A stretch of 64,000 nucleotides of DNA, taken from positions 744,001-808,000 of the forward strand of contig CM082590.2 in the NCBI GenBank assembly GCA_040954595.2. The letters are read 5' to 3'. This document shows, one piece after another, positions 39,717-53,000 of this stretch (the stretch's first letter is position 1; every line of letters begins with the position of its first letter). This stretch comes from Balanoglossus misakiensis. Taxonomy: Eukaryota > Animalia > Hemichordata. A model generated the notes under the pieces. The model ran no database searches and was not told the origin of the DNA. It was given only the letters and a program-made list of their open reading frames with translations. The translations under genes were made by a program, and so were the position numbers.

Positions 39717-40220
39717 AGGCACGTAAGCTGCAACTGGATAAACAATTAAAGTTTTAAATAATCTCATATATGCTTTTAATTATGACTATTAAATGCTATT
39801 TCATGATAATATTTTAAGCTCAACACTTATTTATGACAAAATGGCCAAAAATTAAAGAAAAACGAAAATTCCTGCAATTTAAAAAAAAGTGCAATATTGC
39901 AATGAAAAATGAAAATCAGATGTCTCAGTGGTGTACATTTACTTCCATGAGCTCATGTGGATGAGATCATGTTTTGTTTATGAAGTTTCACAACCGGAAA
40001 TGCGACATTTTCATTGTTTCTTGCATTTTCCCACGGTGGCGGCCATAATCGCTTGCGGCAAAGCTTTATTATTTATCTGGTTAAAACTTTCCTATGCACT
40101 CATATTTAGGGTTTATAATGCTTGTGTATTGTTCACTGCTTTCATCTGCATGGACTAATGGTAGTGCAGTTTGAAAAAAAAATTATGAAAATTATCCCAA
40201 AAGTTACAGCTTACGTGCCT
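39717..40220. mobile_element. TTAA-targeting MITE (Kolobok-like), copy A
   Basis: ttaa|AGGCACGTAAGCTG..CAGCTTACGTGCCT|ttaa; homologous to 58903-59397 in the opposite orientation. Confidence 0.88.
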
Positions 40221-41785
40221 TTAAGTTTGATAGGAAACATGAAAGGACATACTGACTAACTATGTCTCGCATCCTTTGCACGACCAATTACTGGTAATGC
40301 AGCCAACTTACCTTTGGCCTGGCACACAAAAGCTCTACCATCATCACCAATACTAACTTTCCCACCACTTTGTTTCTCCATTTCCTGTGTATATCTTTCA
40401 TTGATTGATTGGTTTTGTAGGTGTACAGCCAATCTTAGAGTAAAGACATGGTTTGTACTTCCCATGCTATCGATGAAGTACGTGTCTCTCCCCAAACTTC
40501 GAAAGATCTGTTCCTCTGCCTGAGTGTTAGTTTGCCCACACAACTCTGGGACTAATGTTACACGTCTCAATATTTCTCTGCGTGACTTACAGTTTTCTTG
40601 ATGGAACCAATCAAAGAGAGATAAGGTAGCTGTACTCCTTGTAATGGGATGGATAGGAGGCGAGGAGTAGTTGTGTTCTGCTACAATGACACGTTCTAAT
40701 TGGTTGACTTGTGAGTACAAACCAGACTCGAGGTACGGAAGGGGTATCTTCAATTTATTATTCTCTGTAGCTAGAATATTTTCTTCGGTGGGCTCACACA
40801 ATCTCCCTCCACATGGTGAGAACATATTATCCTTCCTCTTGTCTCCATGCTAATAAGTGAGCAATGTCACTTATGACAACTGTTGGTTGCTATTTCAATG
40901 ATAGCAATATATCAACAAAGTCACGAGGACTTTATCCACGCAGGAGGAATTTTATCGCATAGACCACTTTGTGTGGGCATGAGGCACATAACCAGCCACC
41001 TATAGAAGACAATGATACATAATATTAAAAACAGTAACAACTGACACCTAACCATTCATTCGATAAAGTACTAGCAGATTCCATGTCATATATTAACATG
41101 TTTGCTACCATGAAATGGTGTGATGAAATGGTGCAGCTATTTTCAAGAAGGGATAAAGGGATTGAATTGAAGTTGAAGCAGATCAAGCACATATATTTGA
41201 ATGTTGTGTTGTCAAAACATCTCAGTACTTTTGGAAAGGATGGTTTCAGATATATGATGACATAACAAAAATAAGGCTTGTCCATTTTCTACATTAATCA
41301 CATTAAAAAAATAAAAATCGACATGCCTCCCATAAGTAACAACCCCCGAAAACAGCTCACTCACGTGAGCCAAAAATCTGATTCAGACATACGAATCTGA
41401 ATCAGAATCTGATGTGAGCTAAAAATCCAATTCAAAGTAAGAATCTGAATCTGAAACCTCTGTTGGATTCACAATGACAAACTAGTTCCCAGACTCTCGC
41501 CAAGCGATCGGCTGCGAAAGAGTCTGCGTAACTGAGACGAGTCTAGCTTGTCCTCCAACCATTAATCATGCTACATTTCATAATAATACAGTCAACCGTT
41601 TTTAAGAAATCGTTCCCACAGACAAAAAGATAGACAGACACATGGACAGAAGCACAACAAAACCTCCGCTTACGGGAGGTAAATACTAGTATGCAGTCAT
41701 AGCTATTGACTTGAAGTAGTCCTGCCAACTTCAAACTATCTAACATCAATCCTTCTGAGTTTTGCTCGCCTTTTTTCAGCACTTA

Positions 41786-42365
41786 CAGCCGTTCTAAGAA
41801 AGGTTCCGGCAGTCAATTTAACAACTTGACTTGCAACTTAACAAGTCATTTAGCAAGATTACTCTCCACTTTGCAATGCGTCTTGCTGATAACGTTAGGT
41901 TCAACACAGCAGGAGTTATCTTTTATAGACCCAGAAGCCCAGGCAGAATTACATTTGGAAGATACAATTTTTGCTAGCGTGTACCTTCTGTATGTATCTT
42001 CCTTTTTTTCCTTTACAATATCTTGAATGACAAATTAAATGTTGTCATGGAGTTGGTAAAATATAAAAATAACATATGAATAAAGATTATCGGTTAATAA
42101 AGGTATTGTAAAATAAAATAAGATATTGTATAAAAAAGGGAAGATACACGCAGAAGGTACATGCTCACAGAAATGGTATCTTCCAAATGTAATTCTGTCT
42201 GGGCTTATCAGAAGCTTCTGCGTCTATAAAAGATAACTCCTACTGTGTTGAAACTAACGTTATCAGCAAGACACATTGTAAAGTGGAGAGTAATCTTGCT
42301 AAATGACTTGTTAAGTTGCAGGTCATGTTCTCAATTGACTGCCCAAATCTTTCTTAGAATGGCTG
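41786..42365. mobile_element. Tc1/mariner-type MITE with ~240-bp inverted arms
   Basis: ta|CAGCCGTTCTAAGAAAG..CTTTCTTAGAATGGCTG|ta. Confidence 0.82.
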
Positions 42366-45300
42366 TAATTATCAAATCAGATATGTTTGTATGTAAATAC
42401 CTGATTTTCCCCATAACTTGGCAAAGACTTTATTGAATGAGCCTGGTTCTTTTAGGGTTTCGGCAAGGCGTTTCACACAGTCAATCCTCGAACCAGCATC
42501 ACTTACTCCAGATTTTCTACAGTATTTTTTTCACTTCAGACACGTAGTAGAAATAAATTACAATATAAGGTGGTAAAGTTGACAAATACAAGTAACAAGT
42601 CATTGCCAATGACCTAAACACCTTGAAATAGGGAGGTCACAATCATCTCTCCGATTATAATACACTTTATTTTGTCTTTGACGTATTACAGGGATGGCAC
42701 TTGTATTTGGTACACCAAAGTAGGTCATTACTTTAGTAATTTAACAGACATATGGTGACATGCCACCCCAAATTCCACAGCAAAATGTTTTTCCCTCTCT
42801 GCAGGAGCAACATCATACTGGGGATAAAAATGCATTAACTGTATCAATACAGTACCAAGTTATCTTGTACATATCATCCTCGCTGTTCTTTTAGCCTCAC
42901 CTTTTTGTCACTCAGCAGGTCTAGGAGCAGGTCCTCTGAGAGGTCTTCATTTTCCACCTCAGACTCATGGAAATCATCTGGTGGACATTTTTTCCACTCT
43001 GTGTTGACAACTGTTTCAGCCCGTGACATGGGGGTTATCCAAGGCGCCCAGAATGAGAGTGATGGCTTCAATCTGAGCGCCCGATCTTTTGCATCTGCAA
43101 ATGGAAAAACAAAAAGTAAATGGATCCATTTTAATGGATATGATACAACCTTAAACCAGTGGTACATTACTATCTAAATAGAAGCATTGTATTATGTCAT
43201 AATAAGTCACTGTCATTCACATCACTAGTAAATCTCAAGTCAGAACATGTATAATCTCTGAATTATGGCCACGGGCACACAAATTTGTATACATAATACA
43301 TTACATCATCAGAAAATTCTGGATATGTGAACATACAGGTATAAAACCAAAGTGCGATTCAGGAAAATGTATGAAGGCAGTGTAATGTTTCACACACAAG
43401 GATACAAATTAAAACAAATCGATTTCATGCTACACATAATACTACCCTGGCACAGACTAAACTCTGAAACACTCCTATACTTTCTCAACTCCTTGGGGAG
43501 CATACAACCGGTACAGCAACAAGGTGCAACAGAGTACAAGACAGCAGACCCCTTTAACAGACAGGTATACTGAGGCAGTGTACCAAATTACCGTGGTTCA
43601 AATCTTGCCCAATGACTTTATAGCACAAAATGGCACAAATGGCACAAATGGCAATAACAGAGCAAAAACCACTGTTCTGCAGATTTCAATGTAGTATCTT
43701 AACCACTCAGCTATCATGATTCAACACTGTTAGATTTTTTTACCACCAGGCCAGACCATCATCACACAGTTCAAAAAATGATCAAAACCATGAGACTCGT
43801 GTTGATAAAGGCTTTTGCGAATACAATACCAAGTTTCTAGCATGTACTGTCCTTACTCCTTGCCAGTTCAGCCATTAAACAAACACTAATGAAATGGACA
43901 CTTGGTGGTCAAATTGGATTGTATCACAAAACTGACGTGTGTTATGCGATTGTGCTTCACACTTGTGCAACGTTTGTAACATTAATAAATGATGGTATAT
44001 ATATATACTAAAGTTAACAAGCAGTACCTGGTATGAAACCTCTAGCAATCACCTCCTTGTGTATTCTTCCCCAAAATGCATCCACATCGACAGTGTCACA
44101 TGTGTTATCATGTTTAGAGTCAGTGGCTGTAACAGGACACAACAAACAATAACAGACTGCTTTAAAATTTGTTATGGATATAAAATGATAGACTTAACAA
44201 GATTAGACAGCACATTCAATCATCTTCAATGCTTATCACAAATCACTTATTTGTGTAACCCTAACACTTTCACTCCAAGGAAGTCCTTGTAATAATAGAT
44301 AAACTTTTCTTTAATGGCCATTTAAAAACATTTAAGAATCAATAAGTAAATTGTTGTTTGTGTTCAGATCCAAATAAAGAGGAGATACAAACTGTACTGA
44401 GAAAAAAGGCTTTTGGTTCTAAAGTTGTGGCAGGAAGTTTCTTCATGCAGATGAAATACAAGTTGATACAGTACCTGCTAGATCAAACGCAGTTTTGCAG
44501 TTTAAATCCATTATGAGGACGGCTGGATAAAATCCACATATTACACAGTTGAAGTCATATTTAGAAGTAGTCAAGGCTTCAAAATGAAGATCTGCATTTC
44601 GGACCTCACTCTTTTTTACAGGTAGATTTGTCCCAGTGAAATCTTCAAGTGTTGAACGTGTTCTTCCAATGGCAGTATGGTTCTGTTTGAGGTTAATGTA
44701 AGGTTGATACAGCATTATATTTAAAAGAAATAAATATGCTATGTCACAGAGCAAAACAATGTTTGTGGATTTTCACACTATATAAACTTTGCTGATTGAT
44801 TAATTGATTGATTGATAGATGTATGTACACACATATATTGATATGGTCAATGCAATTTGATACAATGAATGCATATGTCAAATGTTAAAATTATATTCTT
44901 AGGTACATGTTGCTGTGTATCACACATTTTGCCCTGTGTAAGGGAGGGGGGAGGTGGAATAGTCGGAATACATTTTAGCACAAAGGGGGATAATATGAGT
45001 CAAGGTCATTCTTAAACATTTGCAAAATAGACTTTAGTTGAAGGAGGGATTTCTTTATAGAGGTTGGCTAACCACCTGGCTGAGTGAAGAGATGGATGAT
45101 TGGTAGCTACAGTAGATGGGGCAGGTCAGGTTACGAGTATGTATATTTTGCAGGTTGTGGGACACTGGGTTGCACGTCACTACGGGCTAAAGTGCGGGCC
45201 ACTACAAAATTGTACTTTCACCAAATTTTCAGTTTATAGGTTACTGCTGGCAACAGTGCAGGCCAAAGTGTAGGCCACTTCCACTCTTACCAAGGTTCAG

Positions 45301-46259
45301 ATTGCAGGTCACTGTGGGCCAAAGTGCGGGTCACTACTTGTACCAAGGATTTTCAATTATAAATGTCAGATTACAGATTACAGAATTTACATTTAATTAC
45401 ACATACACATAATGTACAATTCCCTTTATTACATGTACATACCATCACATTCAATGGATTGTCTAAAATGAGTTGTAAGATGTCGTTGCAATTGCCATCT
45501 TTGTCCACCTTTGAAGCGGCTGGTTGGACAAAATGGGCATTTGAATTCGTCAGATTCCTGGCCAGACAAATAGGCATCCAAGTCACTTCTCCTATGAATA
45601 ATTGTTTTGCGCATCTGTAAAAACAATTATTATAAGAATATAAGTTATAATACATGTATGTCACAACATCAAAAATAACTTCAACAAGTCACTGGTCAGT
45701 GACACACTACCTGCTAAACTGGGGTTTAATGAACTTAAAGTCATTGTTCTGATGTACTGACAGTCATTGTTACAATCAAAACTGTTAGATTTATTGTTTG
45801 TGACATATAAAAAGTGATAGCATGTCACCAACTTGACATGACATCTGTTCAAGCATGTCTGAGTGGTGGCTCTGGACATAAAAAACAACACAAACGAAGT
45901 GGCGGACTGCTGGCCATACTGGGTCATATCACAATGAAAATTGGACAGGCACATATATTTCATAGTACACTGTCCAAACACCAGCTTTGAATGGGTTTCT
46001 TTCAAGTATGTCAGATTTATGGTTCTTGGCATTCCAAAAAAACACAAACAAAATGGCCGACTGGCGACCATATTGGATTATATCACAAAATTATTTGAAA
46101 TGCATATCTATGCCATTGTGGTCCATACTTCTACCAAGTTTGAGAAAAATTGGGAAACGTTGAAGTATCACTTTATAAAATGTTGATTACCACACCGTAA
46201 AACCAAGCATATCCTAACACTGTACAAGCATTTACAATACAGATTTTAATAAATATCAG

Positions 46260-48870
46260 TTCTGTGATGATAACTTTTTTTTCACACACTGTAATTAAAA
46301 CTGGCAAGTGAAAAGTGACTTTAGAACATTAGCTGAAGTGTGATGGACAGTTACCTGCATAGTCTGATATGATGCAGGTACAAAGCCAGGTACTTCACTC
46401 ACTGATGATGGTTTATTTTGATTTGCTGAAAGAATCATAATAAATAAATAACTGTAAGGTTGTAGAATGGAAAATCACATGACAACGTTGACAGTGCATG
46501 GTAAGTGTGTCAATAAGCAATGTGACAACTTGCTGTAACATTGAGATGTTGTTATAAACTTTGATAGCTTACTTGCTGACTGTCTCTGTGGTTGAGGTAG
46601 AGCAACAACCCCAGGGTGTGTGGATGAACTTGCATCTGATGCTGGTACAAAGCCAGGTACTTCACTCACTGATGGTTTATTTTGATTTGCTGTAAGAATC
46701 ATAATAAAAAAATAATTTTAAGGTTGTCGAATGGACAATCACATGACAACATTGACAGTGCATGATAAGTGTGTCAATAAGCAATGTGACAACTTGCTGT
46801 AACATTGATATGTTGTTATAAACTTGGATAGCTTACTTGCTGACTGTCTCTGTGGTTGAGGTAGAGCAACAACCCCAGGGTGTGTGGATGAACTTGCATC
46901 TGATGCTGGTACAAAGCCAGTTACTTCACTCACTGATGGTTTATTTTGATTTGCTGTAAGAATCATAATAAAAAAAATAATTTTAAGGTTGTAGAATGGA
47001 AAATCACATGACAACATTGACAGTGCATGATAAGTGTGTCAATAAGCTATGTGACAACTTGCTGTAACATTGATATGTTGTTATAAACTTGGATAGCTTA
47101 CTTGCTGACTGTCTCTGTGGTTGAGGTAGAGCCACAACCCCAGGGTGTGTGGATGAACTACGGTCTGTTGTGTTTGTACCAGTGGTAATGACTGGTGTTG
47201 TACTGGAAGCGTGAATATTTGGTAGCATTGGAGGCATTCCATGAGGTATTAGTGGCTGTCTGAAACTAGGTGGTAGCAATGGCATACCCGGTGGTGGAAA
47301 AGGCATTCTTGGAGGTGGTGGTAGATTTGGTGGTCCTTGTCGAATTGGTGGTGGTTGTCTGACTCCTGGCCTAGGCATAAAACCTGGGGGTGGTTGTCCA
47401 GAAGGTGGCTGCATCTGTAAGAGTCATGATGTATCCATGGTTACATGGGAGATAACTGTGAAACTCCCATGTTACAGCCTTTGACAACTAATAATCCAAA
47501 GTATTTGAAATAAACCAAATAGATTGACACCTGTGGATAACTTGTTATTCATATGTCTACTATAGTGTGTTGTCCTTCTATCAAGTTTTAGATAAATTAC
47601 AACAATCATGTCAAAACCATTGGTCTGCACTTGGAAAAAAATGAAAAGGAGGGTCCTCTGGCAGCCATGTTTGATCAGATTGTGATACACATGAACAAGC
47701 ATATATGTTTCAAAACATTGTTCTTATACCAAACTCATATTGGATTGTATCGATGTCAATTACTAATTTGTATGATCAGTTATTTAGCATCTCTTCCCAT
47801 ATGGTTCAGATAATTGAAGTTCCACTTTATAGAATTCCAGTTCCGTGATGATAACTTTTTTCTCACACACTGTAATTAAAACTGGCAGGTGAAAAGTGAC
47901 TTTAGAACATCAACTGAAGTGTGATGGACAGTTACCTGCATAGTCTGATATGATGCAGGTACAAAGCCAGGTACTTCACTCACTGATGATGGTTTATTTT
48001 GATTTGCTGAAAGAATCATAATAAATAAATAACTGTAAGGTTGTAGAATGGAAAATCACATGACAACATTGACAGTGCATGATAAGTGTGTCAATAAGCA
48101 ATGTGACAACTTGCTGTAACATTGATATGTTGTTATAAACTTGGATAGCTTACTTGCTGACTGTCTCTGTGGTTGAGGTAGAGCAACAACCCCAGGGTGT
48201 GTGGATGAACTTGCATCTGATGCTGGTACAAAGCCAGTTACTTCACTCACTGATGGTTTATTTTGATTTGCTGTAAGAATCATAATAAAAAAAATAATTT
48301 TAAGGTTGTAGAATGGAAAATCACATGACAACATTGACAGTGCTTGGTAAGTGTGTCAATAAGCAATGTGACAACTTGCTGTAACATTGAGATGTTGTTA
48401 TAAACTTGGATAGCTTACTTGCTGACTGTCTCTGTGGTTGAGGTAGAGCAACAACCCCAGGGTGTGTGGATGAACTACGGTCTGTTGTGTTTGTACCAGT
48501 GGTAATGACTGGTGTTGTACTGGAAGCGTGCATATTTGGTAGCATTGGAGGCATTCCATGAGGTATTAGTGGCTGTCTGAAACTAGGTGGTAGCAATGGC
48601 ATACCCGGTGGTGGAAAAGGCATTCTTGGAGGTGGTGGTAGATTTGGTGGTCCTTGTCGAATTGGTGGTGGTTGTATGACTCCTGGCCTAGGCATAAAAC
48701 CTGGGGGTGGTTGTCCAGAAGGTGGCTGCATCTGTAAGAGTCATGATGTATCCATGGTTACAGGGGTGATATCTGTGCAACTTAAAGTGTAACACAGACT
48801 TTGACAACTAACAAACTAAAACAAGTCAAATAAACATGACTGATGAACAACTGTGGTTTACTTGTTATTT
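46260..48870. repeat. Nested tandem duplication of exon-intron cassettes (~265-bp units within a larger duplication offset by 1.3-1.6 kb)
   Basis: ORFs 47004-47414 and 48321-48731 are nearly identical, as are 46475, 46739 and 48056. Confidence 0.92.
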
Positions 48871-51076
48871 ACTAGTATTTCAATACCAGGTAAAAACTTT
48901 TCATTCAAAGAGAATCTTTTGATCTATTTCAGCCAGTTGTAATATACTATAGTTACACTAAAGGACAAAAGCTGAAGTAATGATCAGTGTACAGTCAATG
49001 TAATTGCTTGGATTCTTCATTGATGGAGAGAGAACTGCATGTACATGTAGTCTTCTTGTTGCTATGGCTGTTTACATGATGTTGGTCATTAATTGCAAGT
49101 TATGAATGACACTCTATCTGTACAGTTTTACTCATAAATACAAAATTTCATGATTTATTAAAACAATGTTAGGCTGCCTTCACAAAAAATTTGTTTTTGA
49201 AAAAAATACGAGTAGTCACAGGGGGATTGGGGTACCTGAAGATATGTGGTACGGTAGGTCTTAGTGGGGTACTTGAAAAATGTAGACGGACATCATATTT
49301 TTCCAGTTATTAAAAATTAACTGTCTTGACTCCTTTTCTGAACACCAGCAACAACATTTGATAAACACGATTTGTAAATGAAAATTCAAAAAGCTTCCAC
49401 CACTTTTGCTGAATACATATAACGGTATTACCATTGCTACAGACATTTTTCAAAGTCAAGGGGATTTTGGCACTGTAGTTTTGCCTGATATTGCATAGCA
49501 CCTTTGCATACACTCTGTAGATATGCTGCATTTTTTGTTCCAATTTCAATGAAAATGTAGCCTGCACATGTACAAATAAATTAGAGCTGAGGTCATGAGT
49601 TATATACCTAAGGTAGTGGGACTTGTTGCAGTGATATTTTTTGCAATTTTCGGTTATAAAATTGACATTCTTTCAAAACAGGCATAAACTGATCAAACTA
49701 ATCATGCCCCAGGCAAGACTTTTAAATGACTAGGTTCACATGGTGTCATATTGACCAATCACCATCAAATTTGGCTGCAAGGTGTGTTATAACAGTAATT
49801 GATCAGTCAGGTCCAAATAATGGCTCTGCACATGAAACAATTGAAACCAAAAACAAAGATATCAACATAGAACCAACAGCACCAGTAATAGTAACTTTAG
49901 CATAAGTAACAAGATGTATTTTGATATTGATATGGATACATGTACATGTATAATGATGCAACTTTACATTTCTGTTAACGTATAGTCTACTTGTAAGTTG
50001 TTTTTTTAGTATTCTACTATGCTTTTTCTTTTCTTTTCTTTTCTTTTCTTTTCTTTTCCATTTATTAACCTTAAATCGGCCCCAGCAGCTGATTTTGTGT
50101 TGAAGAAATAAATAAATATTTTAAAGATTTGATAAATACAAAGATATAAATTTTAACATTCTTGTGCACAGTACATGTACTTAAATGCTATCATGCATCA
50201 CTATAGTCAACAATTAACCATTTCATTCCTAAAGACAACAATGACATATTACAGAAACTTTTTATGAAAAAATTCGACTATTGAAAATTATTATATATAA
50301 ATTACTTCAGGAAGAAGTAATGCTACTTGGATTCGGTTCTAAATAAAAGTTAGTATATATATATAAATTACAGAATTTACATAAACAAGAATTGTGGTTC
50401 AACAATTTTGGCACAAAATGTTCCATTCCTGAAGGGGTTAAACGTTTTTTTAAAAAAAGTATTTGCCTGGGTTTAGAGAATTTCCAAGTTTAATTGCATA
50501 TTAAGTATGAACTATGTATGCATAATTGTCATTTTCAAGTCCTGATTGTCATTCATTTTTTCCACCTCTGCCTAATTTACATATGAATGGCTATGTACTA
50601 CCTTCAAAATTTCCAAATAGGTGTACACACACATTGCATATCAAAACCATAGATGTCAAGATATCCCCAAATACATATTTTTGGCTAAAAATCTTGTTCT
50701 TACCCCTTAAAATCAAACACTTTAAGAATTTATTGATAGACACATACATATTGTCCACATCAACAAAATGCCAATTACCAGTCTATGGTTCAGTATTAAT
50801 GGGTATCAAGGATCACAATCAAAACAGTTATTGTAAATAAGTTATATAACTTGATTTGAATACAATCGTAGCAGTATGTGTAACAACAGTCTAATTTGGA
50901 ATACTTGCATAATACTTGCATTGAGTGTACTATTTCACTAGGTGATGTGGTTACAATGCATTCATATCATCCTCACATTATAACGACAAAATAGAAATCA
51001 TCGGAAATTAAGGATGCTTATAATGCATAAGGGCTGATAGTGACATGTGATAACAATGCCGTCTTCGTAACGAAGA

Positions 51077-51121
51077 CATGTATGTATGTATGTACGTATG
51101 TATGTATGTATGAGTGTATGT

Positions 51122-51171
<50 letters not shown>

Positions 51172-51184
51172 ATGTATGTATGTA
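51077..51184. repeat. Compound (TATG)n/(TG)n microsatellite
   Basis: Read directly. Confidence 0.93.
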
Positions 51185-51233
51185 CAACTAACGTACCGTC
51201 GTAGTTCTGCATTTCATAATTATTTTCAGTTTA

Positions 51234-52366
51234 GGGACCGTTCAGTTTTTACCGCAGGGGGGGGGCGGCAAGTTTGTGTCATCGGTTTTCAAAATCAGGC
51301 GGACCCCCCCTTCACCCAGCACCAAAAAATGATGACCCCCCCTTTGACAGACCCAAAAATATGATGACCCCCCACGCCGTCCTGATCCTATGTCCACTGT
51401 ATCCAATAAAGGGAATGAGGCTCCTCACGCCTCAATTATAAATTTCTTAAAAGTAATTGTAGTATATAATAGTATATCGTTGCAATAAAGAAATCTATGT
51501 CCAAAATAAAATGACAAGTCAATACAATAGTTGGTAGAATTGGTAAAACAAGAAAAGTGGCGGGGTGGGCTTGGGAGGGGGTGTCCCCCTCCCACATAAG
51601 AAAATTTTGTAAAATACGGTGCTCAAAGTTGCATTTTAATGAACTCAAAAGCAAATTAACTCAATGTTAGGCAGGACAAATTTTAATTTTGGCACTCCAC
51701 TCAAAGTGAGCATCGGGGTGGTGTGGCAAGAAGTCTGCCCGGCCTGGTGCACTAGACAAACTAGCAAATAAATGATATGTGGCGAAGAATGAAGGGGGTT
51801 GGTGTGGGAGGGGGTGTAAAATATGTAGCTCAAAGCTGCATTTTTATGAACTCAAAAGCAAATTATCTCAATGTTTGGGGGGACCAATTTTACTTTTTGC
51901 CACTCCTCTCAAAGTTAGAAGATTTGACGTCATCTTCGTCATGACATCATTTATAAAACTTCTAGTATAATATAGAAGATGCAGCGCGAAAGTATAAGTT
52001 TTGCGAAATGGTTTCAACGATTATTCTCCTTTATATATTTACTTTGTTAAATATTATCATCAGTGGGGTTGGGGTGGCAAGCACTCTGCCCTGATAAACT
52101 AGACAAACCAGCAAAAAACGAAATGTGGCGGAGAATGAAGGGGGTGGGTGTGGGACACCCCCTCCCACATGAGAAAATTTTGTAAAATAAAGGGCGCGAA
52201 ACTGCAATTTTGTGGACTCAAAAGTAGAAGTTCGGTGGCAAAAGTATGTGACCCCCCTCCTAAACGTTAAAAAAACCCAGATGACCCCCCTTTTGGACTT
52301 CAAAATTTAAGTGACCCCCCTGGAGTTTGCCGCCCCCCCCCCCGGCCGTAAAAACTGAACGGTCCC
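51234..52366. mobile_element. PIF/Harbinger-type MITE
   Basis: tta|GGGACCGTTCAGTTTTTAC..GTAAAAACTGAACGGTCCC|tta. Confidence 0.88.
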
Positions 52367-52627
52367 TTATGTTTGTTTCCAAGTTTGTCTTAGACCTTGG
52401 TGAAAATAATACTACTACACTACACAACTACACTAGACGCGACATTCATGCATAAATTGTTATTGAAAACTACAAATCACGACCCTAGAAAGTAGGCTGC
52501 AGAGCTAGAGATGCGCGATGCATGCACCGCTCGGAACATGAGGAAGAAGTGTAAATTATCGTACATTTCATGTAACATGTCAGTTCACACACATATATCT
52601 GACGAAAAACATGAAACGTGGAAAGAA

Positions 52628-53000
52628 CTTACCTCTACAAGTGCAACGGTCAGTTCAAGAATTTTCGCTAAAAAACGGGGAGTTTTACCCGGAAGTCGTC
52701 AGGTGACCTACACGTGACTCGAGGTTTCCCGGCCGTTGATGTAAACACGGCACTTAGTAAATACGCAACCGAAGTATCCCAGTTGCTGTTTGTGGTCTCT
52801 GTTTGACGCGATTTTGTTTGGAGTTGAAAGAATCGGATTGATTTTTACAAACGTTTGTTTTATCGCTCAATGACGCTTTTTTGTGAAACACCACCTCCTG
52901 TGTGAGGCGACAGCATAAAAAACCACGTCGCTGTTCCCTACATCTGATTTTAATCAGATTGGACCGTGGCCTACACTGTAAACTCCCGCCATTTCCCACT
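52628..53000 (-). promoter_or_regulatory. Putative promoter and first exon of the KDZ gene
   Basis: Donor GAG|GTAAG at 52633/52632; CpG-rich; ETS motif CCGGAAGT at 52689, CACGTG at 52711, CCAAT (minus) at ~52958, YY1-like CGCCATT at ~52987. Confidence 0.45.

Larger units (their letters stand above)
33772..52700 (-). pseudogene. Multi-exon KDZ/Zisupton-family (HMGXB3-like) transposase with Pro-rich, C2H2, SAP, OTU and Ulp1-like modules; disrupted
   Basis: Exons: Pro-rich 46355-48735 (duplicated); 45614-45443 (CPFC..HLTTH); 44682-44475 (FEALT..YDFNCVICGFYPAVLIMDLNCK); 44126-44028 (VDAFWGRIHKEVIARG); 43094-42901 (PSLSFWAPWI..VVNTEWKK); ~42543-42401 (SAP-like, ..FNKVFAKLWGKS); 40999-40312 (GWLCASCPHKVVYAIKFLLRG*SPRDFVDILLSLK*QP..HQEN..NTQAEEQIF); 39220-39101; OTU 38612-38380 and 37908-37632; Ulp1-like 34941-34873, 34294-34206 and 33829-33772. 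It has two in-frame stops, frameshifts and a probably mutated acceptor. Confidence 0.82.

Noticed and set aside
33772-52700. Calling this the host HMGXB3 gene
   Set aside because: No HMG box was seen, it has multiple disabling mutations, and it carries extra protease domains more typical of mobile copies.
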